64,000 nt of DNA from Candidatus Borrarchaeum weybense (GCA_019057385.1 JAHQJS010000007.1:224001-288000); one strand, 5' to 3'. Shown: positions 49,912 to 61,853, counted from the first letter of the stretch. Notes: a model not told the origin generated them from the sequence alone. Program-made: numbers and translations.

Positions 49912-50160
49912 GTGTATAAAATGTCTGAATTAAAAAAAGATTCCGACAAAAAATTAGAAGAACTAAATAAGGGTCAAGAAGTACTGATCGAGAATCAAAA
50001 AGCCTTATTTGAGGCCATTAAACGAGTTGCAAATGTTATCAATCACATCCAGGATGATTTTGCAGAATTAGCAAGATTAACAGAAAAGTTGATTTCAATA
50101 AAAGAAAAACGAGACTCAATTCGCATTTATGTTGAAGAAATCCCTGAAATGTATGCCTAA
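49912..50160 (+). CDS. Small coiled-coil protein
   Basis: Heptad-rich 82-aa ORF. Confidence 0.5.
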   Translation: MYKMSELKKDSDKKLEELNKGQEVLIENQKALFEAIKRVANVINHIQDDFAELARLTEKLISIKEKRDSIRIYVEEIPEMYA

Positions 50161-50864
50161 CATACCACCTTTATTTTACCTTTCATTTTCATTATATAAA
50201 TTGCTAGAAGGTATGATTAAGTAGGAATCTCGAATTTCATAGAGTTAATACGTTGGATAGAATTTTGTCGTATAAAATCTAATTGATTTTTGGATCAATT
50301 AATACTTTCGTTAGTCTCTGCAAACTATGTCTGTCATTTAAATGACTTATTTTCTTTTTAAAGATGATATAGTTTTCTATAATATGTTGTCCTTAAATAA
50401 TATTCTAAATTATTGCTCTTAAGCACGTAAATACAATTATTAGGAGGGCAACTAAATGGATCCGGGCGGAAATTGGCCATGGTAAGATCTAGTAGAAGTA
50501 TTTCTTCAAATCTTTTTTCCACAATTTCTTATTTAATTTCATTTCTCTCTCAATTTTTTATTATTCACGACATACGTTTTTTAATGTTGCAGAAGTAGTT
50601 GCTGTTGATTTCATAAAATAAAACTACGAAACCATTGATTTTATTTTAATGAAATGCATAAAACGGACTTCAAGCTATTTTTTCATCAACACCTCCAATA
50701 ATATGAGATAAATCTGAAGCAGTAATTGTTTTAAATATCACAACTTAGTAAGATATCGATTGATCTTCTGAATTATTTAGATTTGATTCATAATTAGGTC
50801 AGATTAGAATAACAAAAGATCATAGTTCTCAGTTTCAAAATAATTTCTCTTTAGGTGGTTTAAG

Positions 50865-52016
50865 ATGAAACCTCCAGCAACTCGAATGAAAGACATAAAT
50901 CCTTCTTTAATTCGAAGATTATTTGATTTAGCACAAGGAATAGAAGGTATTATCAGTTTAGGCATTGGAGAACCAGATTTTGATACACCTGAACATATCA
51001 AAAATGCAGCAAAACAAGCGTTAGATGATAATTTTACACATTATACGCCAGTTCCAGGAACATTAGAACTTCGTGTAGCTATTGCTGATTATCTTAATGA
51101 AGCGTATGGCCTTGATTATAAACCTGAATCTGAGATTGTTCTTACATGTGGAGCGACAGAAGCTCTTCATGATATCATGCTTGCGTACGTGAAAGGTGAT
51201 GAGGTACTTGTTCCCGATCCTGGTTTTTTAGGGTATCCTGAATATGTTAGAATGGCAGAAGGAAAACCCGTCTGGTATCCGTGTCCAGAAAAGAATGGAT
51301 TTCAACCTGATTTAGATACTCTAAACGAACTCGTCACTAAAAAAACAGTGATGATTATCATAAATAGTCCTTGTAACCCAACTGGAGCTGTGTTTGAAAG
51401 AAAAACGCTTGAAGGCATTGCAGAAATCGCAATAGACAATGATCTTCTCATTGTTACTGATGAAGTCTACGAAAAATTTATTTATGAGGGAAAACACATC
51501 CCTATAGCGTCATTAGGTGTAGCAGACCGCACAATACTGGTCAATGGTTTCAGCAAAACATTCTCAATGACGGGATGGAGGCTTGGGTATATTTGCGGCG
51601 ATGCAGAAGTCATAAACGCTGTTAATATAGCGCATATGTTCACAACAGTAACAACGCCGAGTTTTGCTCAAAAAGCAGCATTAACTGCCTTAAAAGGACC
51701 AAAAGAAAGCATAAAGGAAATGAAAGATGAATATAGATGGCGTAGAGATTTTTTTGTAAAGGAATTAAATACAATTGAAAACATCTCCTGTATAATACCA
51801 AACGGAGCCTTTTACGCATTCCCTAACATTTCAGCATTTGGAAAAACATCCGTAGAGTTCTCAGAATATCTAATTGAAAAAGCAAAAGTCGTTACAGTAC
51901 CAGGAAATGCTTTTGGTAGCAATATAGGTGAAGGTCACGTCCGTATGTCGTATGCATGCACAAGAGAAAATTTAAAAGAGGCGCTGAGTCGCATAAAAGA
52001 CGTTTTAAGTATTTAA
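50865..52016 (+). CDS. Class I/II PLP aminotransferase (aspartate aminotransferase-like)
   Basis: IGEPDF, NSPCNPTG, DEVY, GFSKTFSMTGWRLG. Confidence 0.95.
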   Translation: MKPPATRMKDINPSLIRRLFDLAQGIEGIISLGIGEPDFDTPEHIKNAAKQALDDNFTHYTPVPGTLELRVAIADYLNEAYGLDYKPESEIVLTCGATEALHDIMLAYVKGDEVLVPDPGFLGYPEYVRMAEGKPVWYPCPEKNGFQPDLDTLNELVTKKTVMIIINSPCNPTGAVFERKTLEGIAEIAIDNDLLIVTDEVYEKFIYEGKHIPIASLGVADRTILVNGFSKTFSMTGWRLGYICGDAEVINAVNIAHMFTTVTTPSFAQKAALTALKGPKESIKEMKDEYRWRRDFFVKELNTIENISCIIPNGAFYAFPNISAFGKTSVEFSEYLIEKAKVVTVPGNAFGSNIGEGHVRMSYACTRENLKEALSRIKDVLSI

Positions 52017-52237
52017 AGCAATAGTAGAGTTTTAAAAGTAGAGTTGTCAATATATGCTGCTCTTAATTCCCTGACTCCAAAAACTGAGTTTCGCTGCCCT
52101 TATACAATCTCGTTTAAATTCTTTTTTTGTTTTGGTCGTTGTATACTTTTCGGTCTCTATAGATTTCTTTCTATAATGATTTTACTTTCATTTATCTCTC
52201 TCTAAACGTTTTAAACATGGACGCGATAGTAAAGTAG

Positions 52238-52543
52238 GTGATAAAAATAGTTTCCAAAAAAATAATCTCGACAATTTCCAAGGATCAAACGGAAAAAGAA
52301 TTTTATCGGCATAGTCGGGATAAAAGTGAGTTACAAATCTCAACAGAAGAGTATTTATATGACCTACTTATACACCATGGTCCTATGACACGTGGGGAAA
52401 TCGTAAAACTCACAAAATTACCTCGTACAACAATATATGATCACTTGATCAAACTTATTCTAAAGGATCGAGTGATACGTTTTAGTAAACTTGGTAAAAA
52501 GCCAGGAAGACCTAAAGTTTATTTTAAGGCCTTAAGGTTTTAA
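52238..52543 (+). CDS. Winged-helix DNA-binding protein
   Basis: GPMTRGEIVKLTKLPRTTIYDHL...GRPKVYF. Confidence 0.8.
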   Translation: MIKIVSKKIISTISKDQTEKEFYRHSRDKSELQISTEEYLYDLLIHHGPMTRGEIVKLTKLPRTTIYDHLIKLILKDRVIRFSKLGKKPGRPKVYFKALRF

Positions 52544-52771
52544 GGCTTAACGCATACTTTTCTTTATTTTTGAGTTATAGAGTCTTTCGTAGTCTATAGC
52601 ATTAAATCTGGACTCTAATCAAGCCTTCTTTTCCAATAAATCCAGAAAATTAATTACTGTTTTCTTAATTTCGGTGAAATAGGTTGCTCAAGGTATTGTC
52701 GATTGCTGTCAAAAAGTGAAAAAGTAAAAAAGGCTGAAAGTTTCTAAGTATGCTCTATAGGTGAAATCTAA

Positions 52772-53929
52772 ATGACTATATCTTCAGATGAACTTTCTAT
52801 TAATGAACAAGAAATCATTAAGTTAGCCCAAGAGTTAGTAAAAATCCCAAGCGAAAATCAACCTGGTAATGAAAAAGCAATCGGAGAATACATAGCTACT
52901 TGGCTAAAAAATAAGGGTCTTCCTGCTCAATTACAAGAAGTTGAAAAAGATCGTTTTAATGTCATAAGTTCGATTAAAGGAGAAGGACCTGCACTACTTT
53001 TATGCGGACATATGGACACGGTTCCAGTCCCAAATCCCGCAGAATGGACATATGATCCTTTTGCAGGGGAAATAAAAGACGGATATCTCTTTGGTCGCGG
53101 TTCATTAGATATGAAAGGAAGTTTAGCTTGCATGCTCACGGCATTTGTTGCTCTTAAGGAAGTCGAAGAAGAACTTTCCTCAGATGTTGTCTTTTTAGCG
53201 ACCGTAGACGAAGAAATTGCAACAAAAGGCGCAAAAAAGGCAATGGAGGCTTCTGATATCAGAAGAGTAAAGCATGGCATTATCGCTGAGCCTACTGACC
53301 TTAACCCTGTAATAGTTCAAAAGGGTCACTGTTGGCTAAAGATAAAAACACGTGGTGTTGCTGCTCATGGTGCAATTCCTGAACGTGGCGTGAATGCAAT
53401 AATGAACATGTATCCTGTTCTTTCACGAATTCAGGAGTTGGATTTCGGCAAGGGTGACCACCCACTCGTTAGTGGAACAACAGTCAATATTGGATTAATA
53501 AACGGAGGCGTCAAAATAAACATGGTGCCAGATTCGTGTGAAACATCTCTTGACTTCAGATTTCCCCCAGGAGTTGCTTCCGAATCTATCCTTGGTAAAA
53601 TAACCACACTTCTAGAAGAACTAAAAGCTGAAGACAAAGAATTAGATGCAAAGATTGAAGTAATTAAGTGTAGTGACCCTGTTGAAGTTGAAAGAGACGC
53701 ACCGATAGTAACGCTATTACTTAAGGCTATGGATAAGGTACTTGGAAGTCATAGTGAACCACTTGGCGTGCCTTATTATACTGATGCATCCGCCTTAAGA
53801 GGCATTCCTATAGTGCTTTTAGGTCCAGGAGAGCCAGGATATGCTCATCAAAAAGATGAAAGAATTAAAATAAGCAGTATGCTGCCTGCTGCAAAGATTT
53901 ATGCGATGCTTCCTTTATTGCAAACCTAA
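52772..53929 (+). CDS. M20 metallopeptidase (ArgE/DapE-like)
   Basis: GHMDTV, GRGSLDMKG, DEE, EPT, AHQKDE. Confidence 0.92.
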   Translation: MTISSDELSINEQEIIKLAQELVKIPSENQPGNEKAIGEYIATWLKNKGLPAQLQEVEKDRFNVISSIKGEGPALLLCGHMDTVPVPNPAEWTYDPFAGEIKDGYLFGRGSLDMKGSLACMLTAFVALKEVEEELSSDVVFLATVDEEIATKGAKKAMEASDIRRVKHGIIAEPTDLNPVIVQKGHCWLKIKTRGVAAHGAIPERGVNAIMNMYPVLSRIQELDFGKGDHPLVSGTTVNIGLINGGVKINMVPDSCETSLDFRFPPGVASESILGKITTLLEELKAEDKELDAKIEVIKCSDPVEVERDAPIVTLLLKAMDKVLGSHSEPLGVPYYTDASALRGIPIVLLGPGEPGYAHQKDERIKISSMLPAAKIYAMLPLLQT

Positions 53930-53935
53930 TTTCAC

Positions 53936-56900
53936 TCACTTTTTTATGTTCACAAAATCTTCTTCTAAAACCTTATCCATCGTATCAACTAAGACATCCG
54001 CATTTTCTTTTGAAAACACAAGAGGAGGTTTAATCTTAATTGTGGAAGGCCATTTTTTAGGGCCATCTACACTTAACAAGATACCATGTTCTTTCATGCG
54101 TTCAACAACATAAGTAGCTTGTTTAGGTGCTGGTTCTAGGGTTTCTCGATTCAATACTAGTTCCACACCAATAAATAATCCCACCCCTCTAACATCTCCA
54201 ATGATACGGTGTTTATCCATGAGTTTTTTCAATCTATCCTTTAAATAATTGCCAACTATTAAGGCGTTTTCTTGCAATTGTTCATTTTTAATAACATCTA
54301 ATACTGCAAGTCCAACAGCACAGGAGACAGGGTTGCCCCCGAAAGTGTTGAACCATTCCATTCCCGTATTGAATGAGTTTACAATTTCAGGTGTGGTGAC
54401 AACAGCAGATAAAGGATGACCATTCCCCATAGGTTTACCCATTGTAACTATATCAGGAACCACGTTTTGAGTTTGAAATCCCCAAAAATGTGTTCCAACT
54501 CGACCAAAACCAACTTGAACTTCGTCTGCTATACAAACTCCACCTGCTTCCCTAATATGTCGGAATGCTTCTTGAAGATAATTGTTAGGAAACACCATTT
54601 GACCAGCACAGCTCATTATAGATTCACAAAGAAACGCAGCAACTCCTTTCCCTTCATTTTGGATTTTTTGGATCGTTTTCTTCACATCTTCTGCATACTT
54701 CTTCCCTGCATCAGCATCCTGCACTTTATATTCTCCACGATATACATCAGGTATGGTTACCTTATGAACATAAGGTGGGGGACCTTCGCCTCCAGGACCA
54801 TCGAATTTGTACGGGCTGATATCAATTAATGAACCTGTGTTTCCATGATATGCATGATCGATAACAATTAAATCGCGTTGTTTAGTATGAGTTCGTGCTA
54901 ATCGCAGGGCGAGCTCATTTGCTTCACTTCCACTATTAACGAAAAAACAAACACTTAATGGTTCTGGTAAGGTCTCACAGATACGTTGAGCATATTTAAT
55001 AAGATTATCATGTAAATAACGAGTATTGGTATTTAGGACAGCTGCTTGCTGTTTTAACGCTTTTACTACAGTTGGATGGCAATGACCGACATGGCAAACA
55101 TTATTTACGCAATCTAGATATGGTCGACCAGACTGATTGTAAAGGTATTGTTTATAGCCTCTAACAATTTTGAGAGGCTTTTTATACGAAATGCTAAGTG
55201 AAGGGGCTATCATTTGCTCCCTAAAATTGAGAATCTCATCTTTAGTCAAAGTTTCTTCTGGAAAAGACTCCTCTGGAATCTTTAGAATCAGATTTGGATC
55301 AGGGCAAATACTTAGCCAAATATCTCTTTGACTTTCGGATATCACGCCAGGAAAGTCTCCTTTTCTCCCTAACATATCTGTTATCACTTGAAAATGTAAA
55401 TGTGGTGGCCATCCTCCATTATGCTCAATAGATCCAACGTGTGCGAGTAGTTCCCCTTTCTTGATAATCATTCCTTTTTCAATATCATTCAACGATTCTG
55501 GGCTCAAATGTCCATATAGAGTAAAAAATTTTAAATTTCCTTCATTTATTTCATGCTCTAAGATAATAGTAGGACCGTAATCAAGAGACCCTTCATTATT
55601 TTGAAAACTATGTATTCTACCCTCCAACGGCGCATATATTGACGAATTAGGTTTCAGAAAGAGATCAACACCAAGGTGGATTGTCCGATAATCAACCCCT
55701 TCATCGCTTTCTGATCTAAATAATTCTTCTGTATAAATATCCCGTGCTTCATTATATTGACCAATGCCAACTTCTGCATTAGAACTCTTCATTTTATTGA
55801 AAAGTAATTCCTTAAGTGCACCTTTGTCCGTAAAATCGAATAAATCACTTAATTCAAGGCTCCCTACACTGAGATCAAATACAATGTGAGGAATGCTAGT
55901 AAAGTTGCTTCCAAGTATTGATCCAAATTCTTTACGATGTAATTTAATCCAGTCAACAATCTCTTTACTTTGAGGACAAGGATTCATTTTACAAGCATAG
56001 CGGAAAACGTAATTAGAAAATCTAGGATGAACGTCTTTAAGTAACTTTAAAGTCTCCCACGCTGGTTTTTCAGAGACTTTGAGGTATTTATTTTCTGGTT
56101 CAATTTTCTGCTGGTATGCTGCGATACTAACACTCATACAGAGTCTTGTACATATCAAATTAAAGAGCAACTCTAATTCAAGTTCATTTAATGGATAGAC
56201 TGAATGATAACCATTAATAACATGTGCTGCTTCTTTGATTGGATTTTTTTTCCCCAAAATAGCATAGGTTGTTGCTACAGCGAGTTCAAATATAGTATGG
56301 CTATAAACCATATCTCCAAAATCTATAATTCCAAATTGGTATTGATTGGGTGATTTTCCTCGATTAACAATCACATTGTAATCATTAAAGTCATTATGTA
56401 TTACACTAGTTCTTAAATTTGATAAATTGGGAAGCACATTTATTTTGTATTCATTAAGGAAATGCTCTACTATCAGGCGCTTTTCTAGATCAGAGATGTG
56501 TTCTTTGTATTTATTTATAATGTTATAAGCAAGTTTTAAATCCCAATAAAGCTTGCGATTGGCTGCTGTATGATTGAATGATTCAAGAAGCTTCGAAGTT
56601 TCACCCACAAAACGACCAAAATCATAAAGTAACTCTTTATTATGAGGATTAACTTTTGCAAAAACCTTTCCAGGAATAAAAGTCACTAATCTTACGAAAT
56701 GAGATGTCTCATCATCCTTTTGATAAACTGCAATTAACTCACTTGATTTCGTAAGTGATACTCGCGGATAATTTCCAGAATCATCAGGACTAGTTAAATG
56801 CAGCATAGCTTTGTTTTGTAAATCAAGTATCTCCTCTTTCTCGAATTTATTAGCAATTTTGAAGACGTATTTTTTATCCTCTTCAGTTACTACAAGAAAA

Positions 56901-57016
56901 TTCTGATCACGTTCACTCGGAAGTTCCTGAATTAATCCTGTTATACCGTATAATTCATTTATCAATTTCAGAACTTCTGAATCGGATAAACTGGGACGTT
57001 TTGGTTTACTTAACAA
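53936..57016 (-). CDS. Fusion: APH-like kinase + M23 peptidase-like domain + class III aminotransferase/phospho-lyase
   Basis: IHNDFNDYN and IDFGD (kinase); HLGVD and HLH (M23); DEVQVGFGR and MGKPMGNG (PLP). Confidence 0.9.
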   Translation of the reverse strand: MLSKPKRPSLSDSEVLKLINELYGITGLIQELPSERDQNFLVVTEEDKKYVFKIANKFEKEEILDLQNKAMLHLTSPDDSGNYPRVSLTKSSELIAVYQKDDETSHFVRLVTFIPGKVFAKVNPHNKELLYDFGRFVGETSKLLESFNHTAANRKLYWDLKLAYNIINKYKEHISDLEKRLIVEHFLNEYKINVLPNLSNLRTSVIHNDFNDYNVIVNRGKSPNQYQFGIIDFGDMVYSHTIFELAVATTYAILGKKNPIKEAAHVINGYHSVYPLNELELELLFNLICTRLCMSVSIAAYQQKIEPENKYLKVSEKPAWETLKLLKDVHPRFSNYVFRYACKMNPCPQSKEIVDWIKLHRKEFGSILGSNFTSIPHIVFDLSVGSLELSDLFDFTDKGALKELLFNKMKSSNAEVGIGQYNEARDIYTEELFRSESDEGVDYRTIHLGVDLFLKPNSSIYAPLEGRIHSFQNNEGSLDYGPTIILEHEINEGNLKFFTLYGHLSPESLNDIEKGMIIKKGELLAHVGSIEHNGGWPPHLHFQVITDMLGRKGDFPGVISESQRDIWLSICPDPNLILKIPEESFPEETLTKDEILNFREQMIAPSLSISYKKPLKIVRGYKQYLYNQSGRPYLDCVNNVCHVGHCHPTVVKALKQQAAVLNTNTRYLHDNLIKYAQRICETLPEPLSVCFFVNSGSEANELALRLARTHTKQRDLIVIDHAYHGNTGSLIDISPYKFDGPGGEGPPPYVHKVTIPDVYRGEYKVQDADAGKKYAEDVKKTIQKIQNEGKGVAAFLCESIMSCAGQMVFPNNYLQEAFRHIREAGGVCIADEVQVGFGRVGTHFWGFQTQNVVPDIVTMGKPMGNGHPLSAVVTTPEIVNSFNTGMEWFNTFGGNPVSCAVGLAVLDVIKNEQLQENALIVGNYLKDRLKKLMDKHRIIGDVRGVGLFIGVELVLNRETLEPAPKQATYVVERMKEHGILLSVDGPKKWPSTIKIKPPLVFSKENADVLVDTMDKVLEEDFVNIKK

Positions 57017-57193
57017 AATAAAACCTCCAACAAGATCGATATAGTGGTCTAAGTTATGTAATAAGTATTATGTAGTGGAGAGGTTAAGTTTGGATTTTGT
57101 CTGGTCTAACTATAGAACAATGCTAAATAGCGAAAAGACTGAAACACTCTGGAATAATTTTTTAGATAAGTTAGAACCAAAAAAAAAGAGGGA

Positions 57194-57856
57194 TTACGGA
57201 TCTTTCCTTTTCTGATAAAGCTTGATATTGTAGGAAACCAGTGTTGCGACAGAAGCAAAAGCGATTAGGATTGTGCCAAGACAGAATCTTCTTCCTGTCC
57301 TTTCAGTTAGATCTGCATTGGTATATATTAAGTGAAAATAAAGTGTATCGGATTCACCAAAAGTATGCTTAAAAAGGATTCCTGTATCGTAGTCCCACCA
57401 GTATTTGTAGACTGTACCATATTCAGTAATTTCAAGATATGCTGCTTTGTAATTGACCCCCTCATACTTGTGAGTCTTTATTGTGACGTCGTCATTCGAT
57501 TGTATTAAAGACACTGGGTAAATAAAAGGCCAAAGTTCAGAAGAATCCATATAGGTTACTTCATCAATGATAGTTTCGGTAGTACCATCATTTTTTTCAC
57601 CAACCCTTGTATGATCAACCTTCAAGTCATCCGCCCGAATCTCAAGAATCTTAAATTCATCGGAAACGCTTGGATAGAGTACCATTGGGGATGGTGGTGA
57701 AGTATCCCAACGAATTTCGTCATTTACTTTAAGATTTCCCCAGTCAGTATCAGCAACAGAATTTGACGCTGTGCTACTTACAAGAACAATTAGGAAAACT
57801 CCGATTATACTTATGAGATATTTTTTCTGCAATATTCTCATAGAAGTCCCCCTCAC
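57194..57856 (-). CDS. Secreted, C-terminally anchored hypothetical protein
   Basis: Signal peptide, WWDYDTGIL motif, C-terminal TM with basic tail. Confidence 0.7.
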   Translation of the reverse strand: MRGTSMRILQKKYLISIIGVFLIVLVSSTASNSVADTDWGNLKVNDEIRWDTSPPSPMVLYPSVSDEFKILEIRADDLKVDHTRVGEKNDGTTETIIDEVTYMDSSELWPFIYPVSLIQSNDDVTIKTHKYEGVNYKAAYLEITEYGTVYKYWWDYDTGILFKHTFGESDTLYFHLIYTNADLTERTGRRFCLGTILIAFASVATLVSYNIKLYQKRKDP

Positions 57857-58076
57857 TGTTTAAAAAAACTCTAATTGGAAATTATATTGATATTATGCCT
57901 TTTTTAATATAAAAATGTACATAGCATCAGTATCAAAATGCTTCAATTAGACATAAAGATTCTAATTCAATGACCTCTAACGGAAGTATCAATAAGGCAG
58001 GATGGTTCACTATTCTTAAATAGAACAATAGGAATAACTTTGGATAAGTTTGCCTGAAACACCGAGCGTGATTTGG

Positions 58077-58862
58077 ATGCTAATCATTCTTTCAGGATTG
58101 CCAAGTTCTGGGAAATCAACATTAGTAAATGAAATAGCAAAAATTCTAGAACTCGACCTTTCGATAAAGACCATAATGATTGAATCAGACGGGATTAGAA
58201 ATATGATCCCCTCATATCGAGAACAACGTTTTAACCCAGATCATGAACCTGTTGTAAGAGCAGCAATGTTTGAACTAATTAAGCATTTTCTAGAGCAAGA
58301 TTATATTGTGATTAACGATGACATGAATTACTATAAATCTATGAGACATGATCTAAGGGAAATTGCTTTAGAAATGAACGTTCCTTTTGCAATATTATAT
58401 GTTTCTACTCCAAGAGAAGTAGCATTATCTTGGAATGAAAAACGCGGTCTTCCAATACCTCAAGAAGTTATTGAAGATGCCTTCAACAAATTCGATATTC
58501 CTGGTAAAGATTATGAGTGGGATAGACCATTATTAGCAGTTGATTTAAGTGTTGTCAATCCTAAGACTGCAGCTAAAGAAGCAGTTAATCTTGTTAGAGA
58601 TCTTTTATTAAAACCAAGTATAAGAGAAGCAAAAACTGTTGTAGAGCCATCGGATGAAGAAAAGCAGAAAGAAGCTATCGACCAACTTACCAGAAAAATA
58701 ATATCAGAAACAATAGTTTATAAAAAGAATGAGGAACTTGCAAAAAACTTGAGCGAAGTTCGAAGAGAGTTCGTAAAGAATGCAATAAAAAACAAACTGA
58801 CCTTAGATGAAGTGAATGTAAAATTTAAAGAATTAGTCGATAAGGCTGTACAAAATATTTGA
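58077..58862 (+). CDS. pstK: O-phosphoseryl-tRNA(Sec) kinase (PSTK/KTI12 family)
   Basis: SGLPSSGKS, SDGIR, DDMNYYKSMR, FDIPGKDYEWD; adjacent to selB. Confidence 0.85.
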   Translation: MLIILSGLPSSGKSTLVNEIAKILELDLSIKTIMIESDGIRNMIPSYREQRFNPDHEPVVRAAMFELIKHFLEQDYIVINDDMNYYKSMRHDLREIALEMNVPFAILYVSTPREVALSWNEKRGLPIPQEVIEDAFNKFDIPGKDYEWDRPLLAVDLSVVNPKTAAKEAVNLVRDLLLKPSIREAKTVVEPSDEEKQKEAIDQLTRKIISETIVYKKNEELAKNLSEVRREFVKNAIKNKLTLDEVNVKFKELVDKAVQNI

Positions 58863-58900
58863 ATGAATAAGCAATCAGATCGGTAAATAGGGCGATTTTC

Positions 58901-60295
58901 TTGAGACTTATACCAGTTCATGTCGGACTTTTTGGACATATTGATCATGGTAAGACTGCCATAGCTCGTATTCTCTCAGAAAAGATTTCCACTGCTGGCT
59001 TGGACAAACATCCACAGGCTCAAGAAAGAGGTATCTCAATAGATTTGGGATTTACAGCTTTTAATCTAGATCCGTATCGAGTGACATTAGTAGATGCACC
59101 AGGACATGCTGATCTAATTCGAAGTGTAGTTGCAGGTGCGAACATTATAGATGCTGCAATGCTTGTAATTGCAGCTGATGAAGGACCAAAACCGCAAACA
59201 GGGGAACATATCCTAATTTTGGACAGTTTTAGTATCTCAAAAGCACTTATTATTATAAACAAAATTGATCTTGTTGAGAAATCACGTGTTAACGCCGTTG
59301 AAAGATCAATTAAGGCTCTTCTAAAAGGAACAATACTAGAGAATTCACCTATAGTTGGTGTTTCTGCTAAAACAGGAGAAGGTACTAAAAGCATTAAAGA
59401 AGCGTTACTCGAACTTCTTAAAAAACCTGTTCGAGAAGTTAAGGGACCATTCAAAATGCCGATTGACCATGCATTTCATATTAAAGGTGCCGGTACAGTT
59501 ATGACCGGAACGGTTCATCGCGGAACAATAAATATTGGTGAAGTAGCTGAAATAATGCCCTTGGAAATTCAAGGAAAAATAAAATCAATTCAGACATTTG
59601 GCGAAAACCTGCAAAGTGCAGTTGCTGGAGATCGAGTTGGGATAGCAATTCCAGGTGTCCAGGCCAGAGTAATTTACCGAGGTTGCTATTTATGTTCACC
59701 GGGTTCTCTGTCATCGACAGATACAATTTTAGCGCGATTAAAAGTTAACAAATTCTTCAAATTCAACCTTTCTCCTCGTATGAATGTCCATTTAACGATT
59801 GGAACACCAACGGTTGCCGGGGTGATTTATCCTTTCCAAAAAGATGACGATTACAATGTAGTATTAGATCAAGTGAGTGCAAATCACGAGTTTTTTGCAT
59901 ACGTCATTCTTAATTCATTAATTGTCTCAGAATCAGGTGATCCTATTCTTATATCTCGACTAGATCTTCCTCCTACTAACTTACGAATTGCAGCTAGTGG
60001 AAAAGTCATTAATGCGAATCCAAGTGATTTTTCATTATATCAGCTTTCAATTAAGGAAGGAAATATTCGTATTCAGTCTCACAAAGAAGAAGTTATTATT
60101 GATAATTTAGCGCGTTCGCAGTTTGGGGCAAAGAATCTCATCGGTAAACAAGTCGAAACCATAACAGGACGATCAGGAAGGATCATATCATCCTTTGGAG
60201 GAAAAGGTGCTGTAATAGCAAAATTTAGTGAAAGACCGAATGAAAGTGCAATTGTGTATCTTAAAAAATATAAAAGGTATAAATTAGGGACATAA
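58901..60295 (+). CDS. selB: Selenocysteine-specific elongation factor (archaeal/eEFSec type)
   Basis: GHIDHGKT, STAGLDKHPQAQERGISIDLGF, DAPGH, NKID, SRLD, and a short domain IV (GRIISSFGGKG) with no bacterial winged-helix repeats. Confidence 0.92.
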   Translation: MRLIPVHVGLFGHIDHGKTAIARILSEKISTAGLDKHPQAQERGISIDLGFTAFNLDPYRVTLVDAPGHADLIRSVVAGANIIDAAMLVIAADEGPKPQTGEHILILDSFSISKALIIINKIDLVEKSRVNAVERSIKALLKGTILENSPIVGVSAKTGEGTKSIKEALLELLKKPVREVKGPFKMPIDHAFHIKGAGTVMTGTVHRGTINIGEVAEIMPLEIQGKIKSIQTFGENLQSAVAGDRVGIAIPGVQARVIYRGCYLCSPGSLSSTDTILARLKVNKFFKFNLSPRMNVHLTIGTPTVAGVIYPFQKDDDYNVVLDQVSANHEFFAYVILNSLIVSESGDPILISRLDLPPTNLRIAASGKVINANPSDFSLYQLSIKEGNIRIQSHKEEVIIDNLARSQFGAKNLIGKQVETITGRSGRIISSFGGKGAVIAKFSERPNESAIVYLKKYKRYKLGT

Positions 60296-60590
60296 TTTGA
60301 TACTTAAAAAAACAGTGGTGGTCGTCTTATACAAGAAAAAACGCTAATGAATGTTTACCATGGAAAAGGTATACCTGGATCCATTAAGTCATCCTCCTAC
60401 ATATTTTAGCATTTTTATTAAACTTGGAGGGTGGTTTCAAGCAAAACTTATTAAGACCACGCAATTTAGAGACAGATATTTGCTTAAAAAAGAAAATCTT
60501 GTTTCTTTAAAACCAACTAATTATAATAGAGACATCAGTGAAAGTATTAACTAACGAAAAACAACGATATGAACAAAGGAGCAATTTATC

Positions 60591-61853
60591 ATGTATATTA
60601 CAATTAAACTTCCTTATGGAGAATCCTTCTTAAAAACTAAAATACCAACTAAGAACTTAGTCTCTATCCTAAGCATGAAATCAATAAAAGGTCTTGTAAA
60701 CGAGAGAGAGGCTATAATAAATTGCCTGAGATCACCAATAGGGGGTTCCTCACTTCACGATTGTGTTAGCAAAAATGATAAAGTAGTGGTCTTAGTTACA
60801 GATAATACGCGACCGTGCCCAGATAACAGGTTACTTCCTCTAATATTGGCTGAATTAGAAGAAAAAGTATCACGTGAAAATATAACGATAATTGTTGCCG
60901 TTGGATTACATCCACCTTTAGATGAACAACAGTTAATTAAAAAACTAGGTAATGATATTATCAAAAGATATAATGTTGTCAATCATGATGTCAATCAATG
61001 TGTCCATATTGGCATGACATCCCGAGATACTCCAGTTGACATCAACAAAACAGTCGTAGAAGCTGATTTTCGAATTAGTACTGGATTTATCGAACCTCAT
61101 TGGTTTGCTGGTTTTTCCGGTGGTCGTAAAAGCATAGCACCCGGTGTGTTTAGTGTCAGATCAGCTTATAAAAACCATAGTTATAAAATGTTAGACCATC
61201 CAAATTCGGTAGCGGGAATTATAAACGGTAATATTGTTCATGAAGATTTAGTGGAGCAGGCGAGGATGGCTAATCTTAATTTCATAGTTAATGTGATTTT
61301 AAACAAGAATAAAGAAATTACGCATATATTCACTGGAGATCCTATCGAGGCTCATGAGAAAGGATGTGAGATCTCTAAAGATATTGTTGAGGTAAAAGTA
61401 GATCACAAGGTAGATATTACTATTACTTCTAATAACGGAGCCCCATTAGACTTGGATTTGTACCAAACTACCAAAGGTATAAATACTGCTTCTAAAATAA
61501 CCCGTGATGGAGGTATTGTGATTATCGCATCCTCTTGCAGCACAGGAAAAGGTCCAGAGGATTTTATCGATTTGCATGCTTCAGTTAATTCTCCTAAGGA
61601 AGTTCTACAGAAAATAAGACGGGAGGAACCTATTGGACTTCAATGGCAAAACCAAATTTTGGCTCGTGATCAATTAAAGCATGATATTTACCTTGTGTCA
61701 AATCTAGAAGACAATATTGTTAAATCTATGATGATGACACCAATCCGTACGATAGAAGAGGGTTTGGAAAAAGCAATCAAGGTTCTAGGAACTGATGCTG
61801 AAATCGCGGTGATCCCAGAAGGACCATTAGTTGTTCCAGCTCTGGAGAATTAA
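60591..61853 (+). CDS. larA: Nickel-pincer lactate racemase family (LarA)
   Basis: DNTRP, AVGLH, EPHWFAGFSGGRK, DLYQTTKG. Confidence 0.88.
   Translation: MYITIKLPYGESFLKTKIPTKNLVSILSMKSIKGLVNEREAIINCLRSPIGGSSLHDCVSKNDKVVVLVTDNTRPCPDNRLLPLILAELEEKVSRENITIIVAVGLHPPLDEQQLIKKLGNDIIKRYNVVNHDVNQCVHIGMTSRDTPVDINKTVVEADFRISTGFIEPHWFAGFSGGRKSIAPGVFSVRSAYKNHSYKMLDHPNSVAGIINGNIVHEDLVEQARMANLNFIVNVILNKNKEITHIFTGDPIEAHEKGCEISKDIVEVKVDHKVDITITSNNGAPLDLDLYQTTKGINTASKITRDGGIVIIASSCSTGKGPEDFIDLHASVNSPKEVLQKIRREEPIGLQWQNQILARDQLKHDIYLVSNLEDNIVKSMMMTPIRTIEEGLEKAIKVLGTDAEIAVIPEGPLVVPALEN

Noticed and set aside
57857-58076. tRNA-Sec next to pstK
   Set aside because: AT-rich with no cloverleaf-compatible stems.
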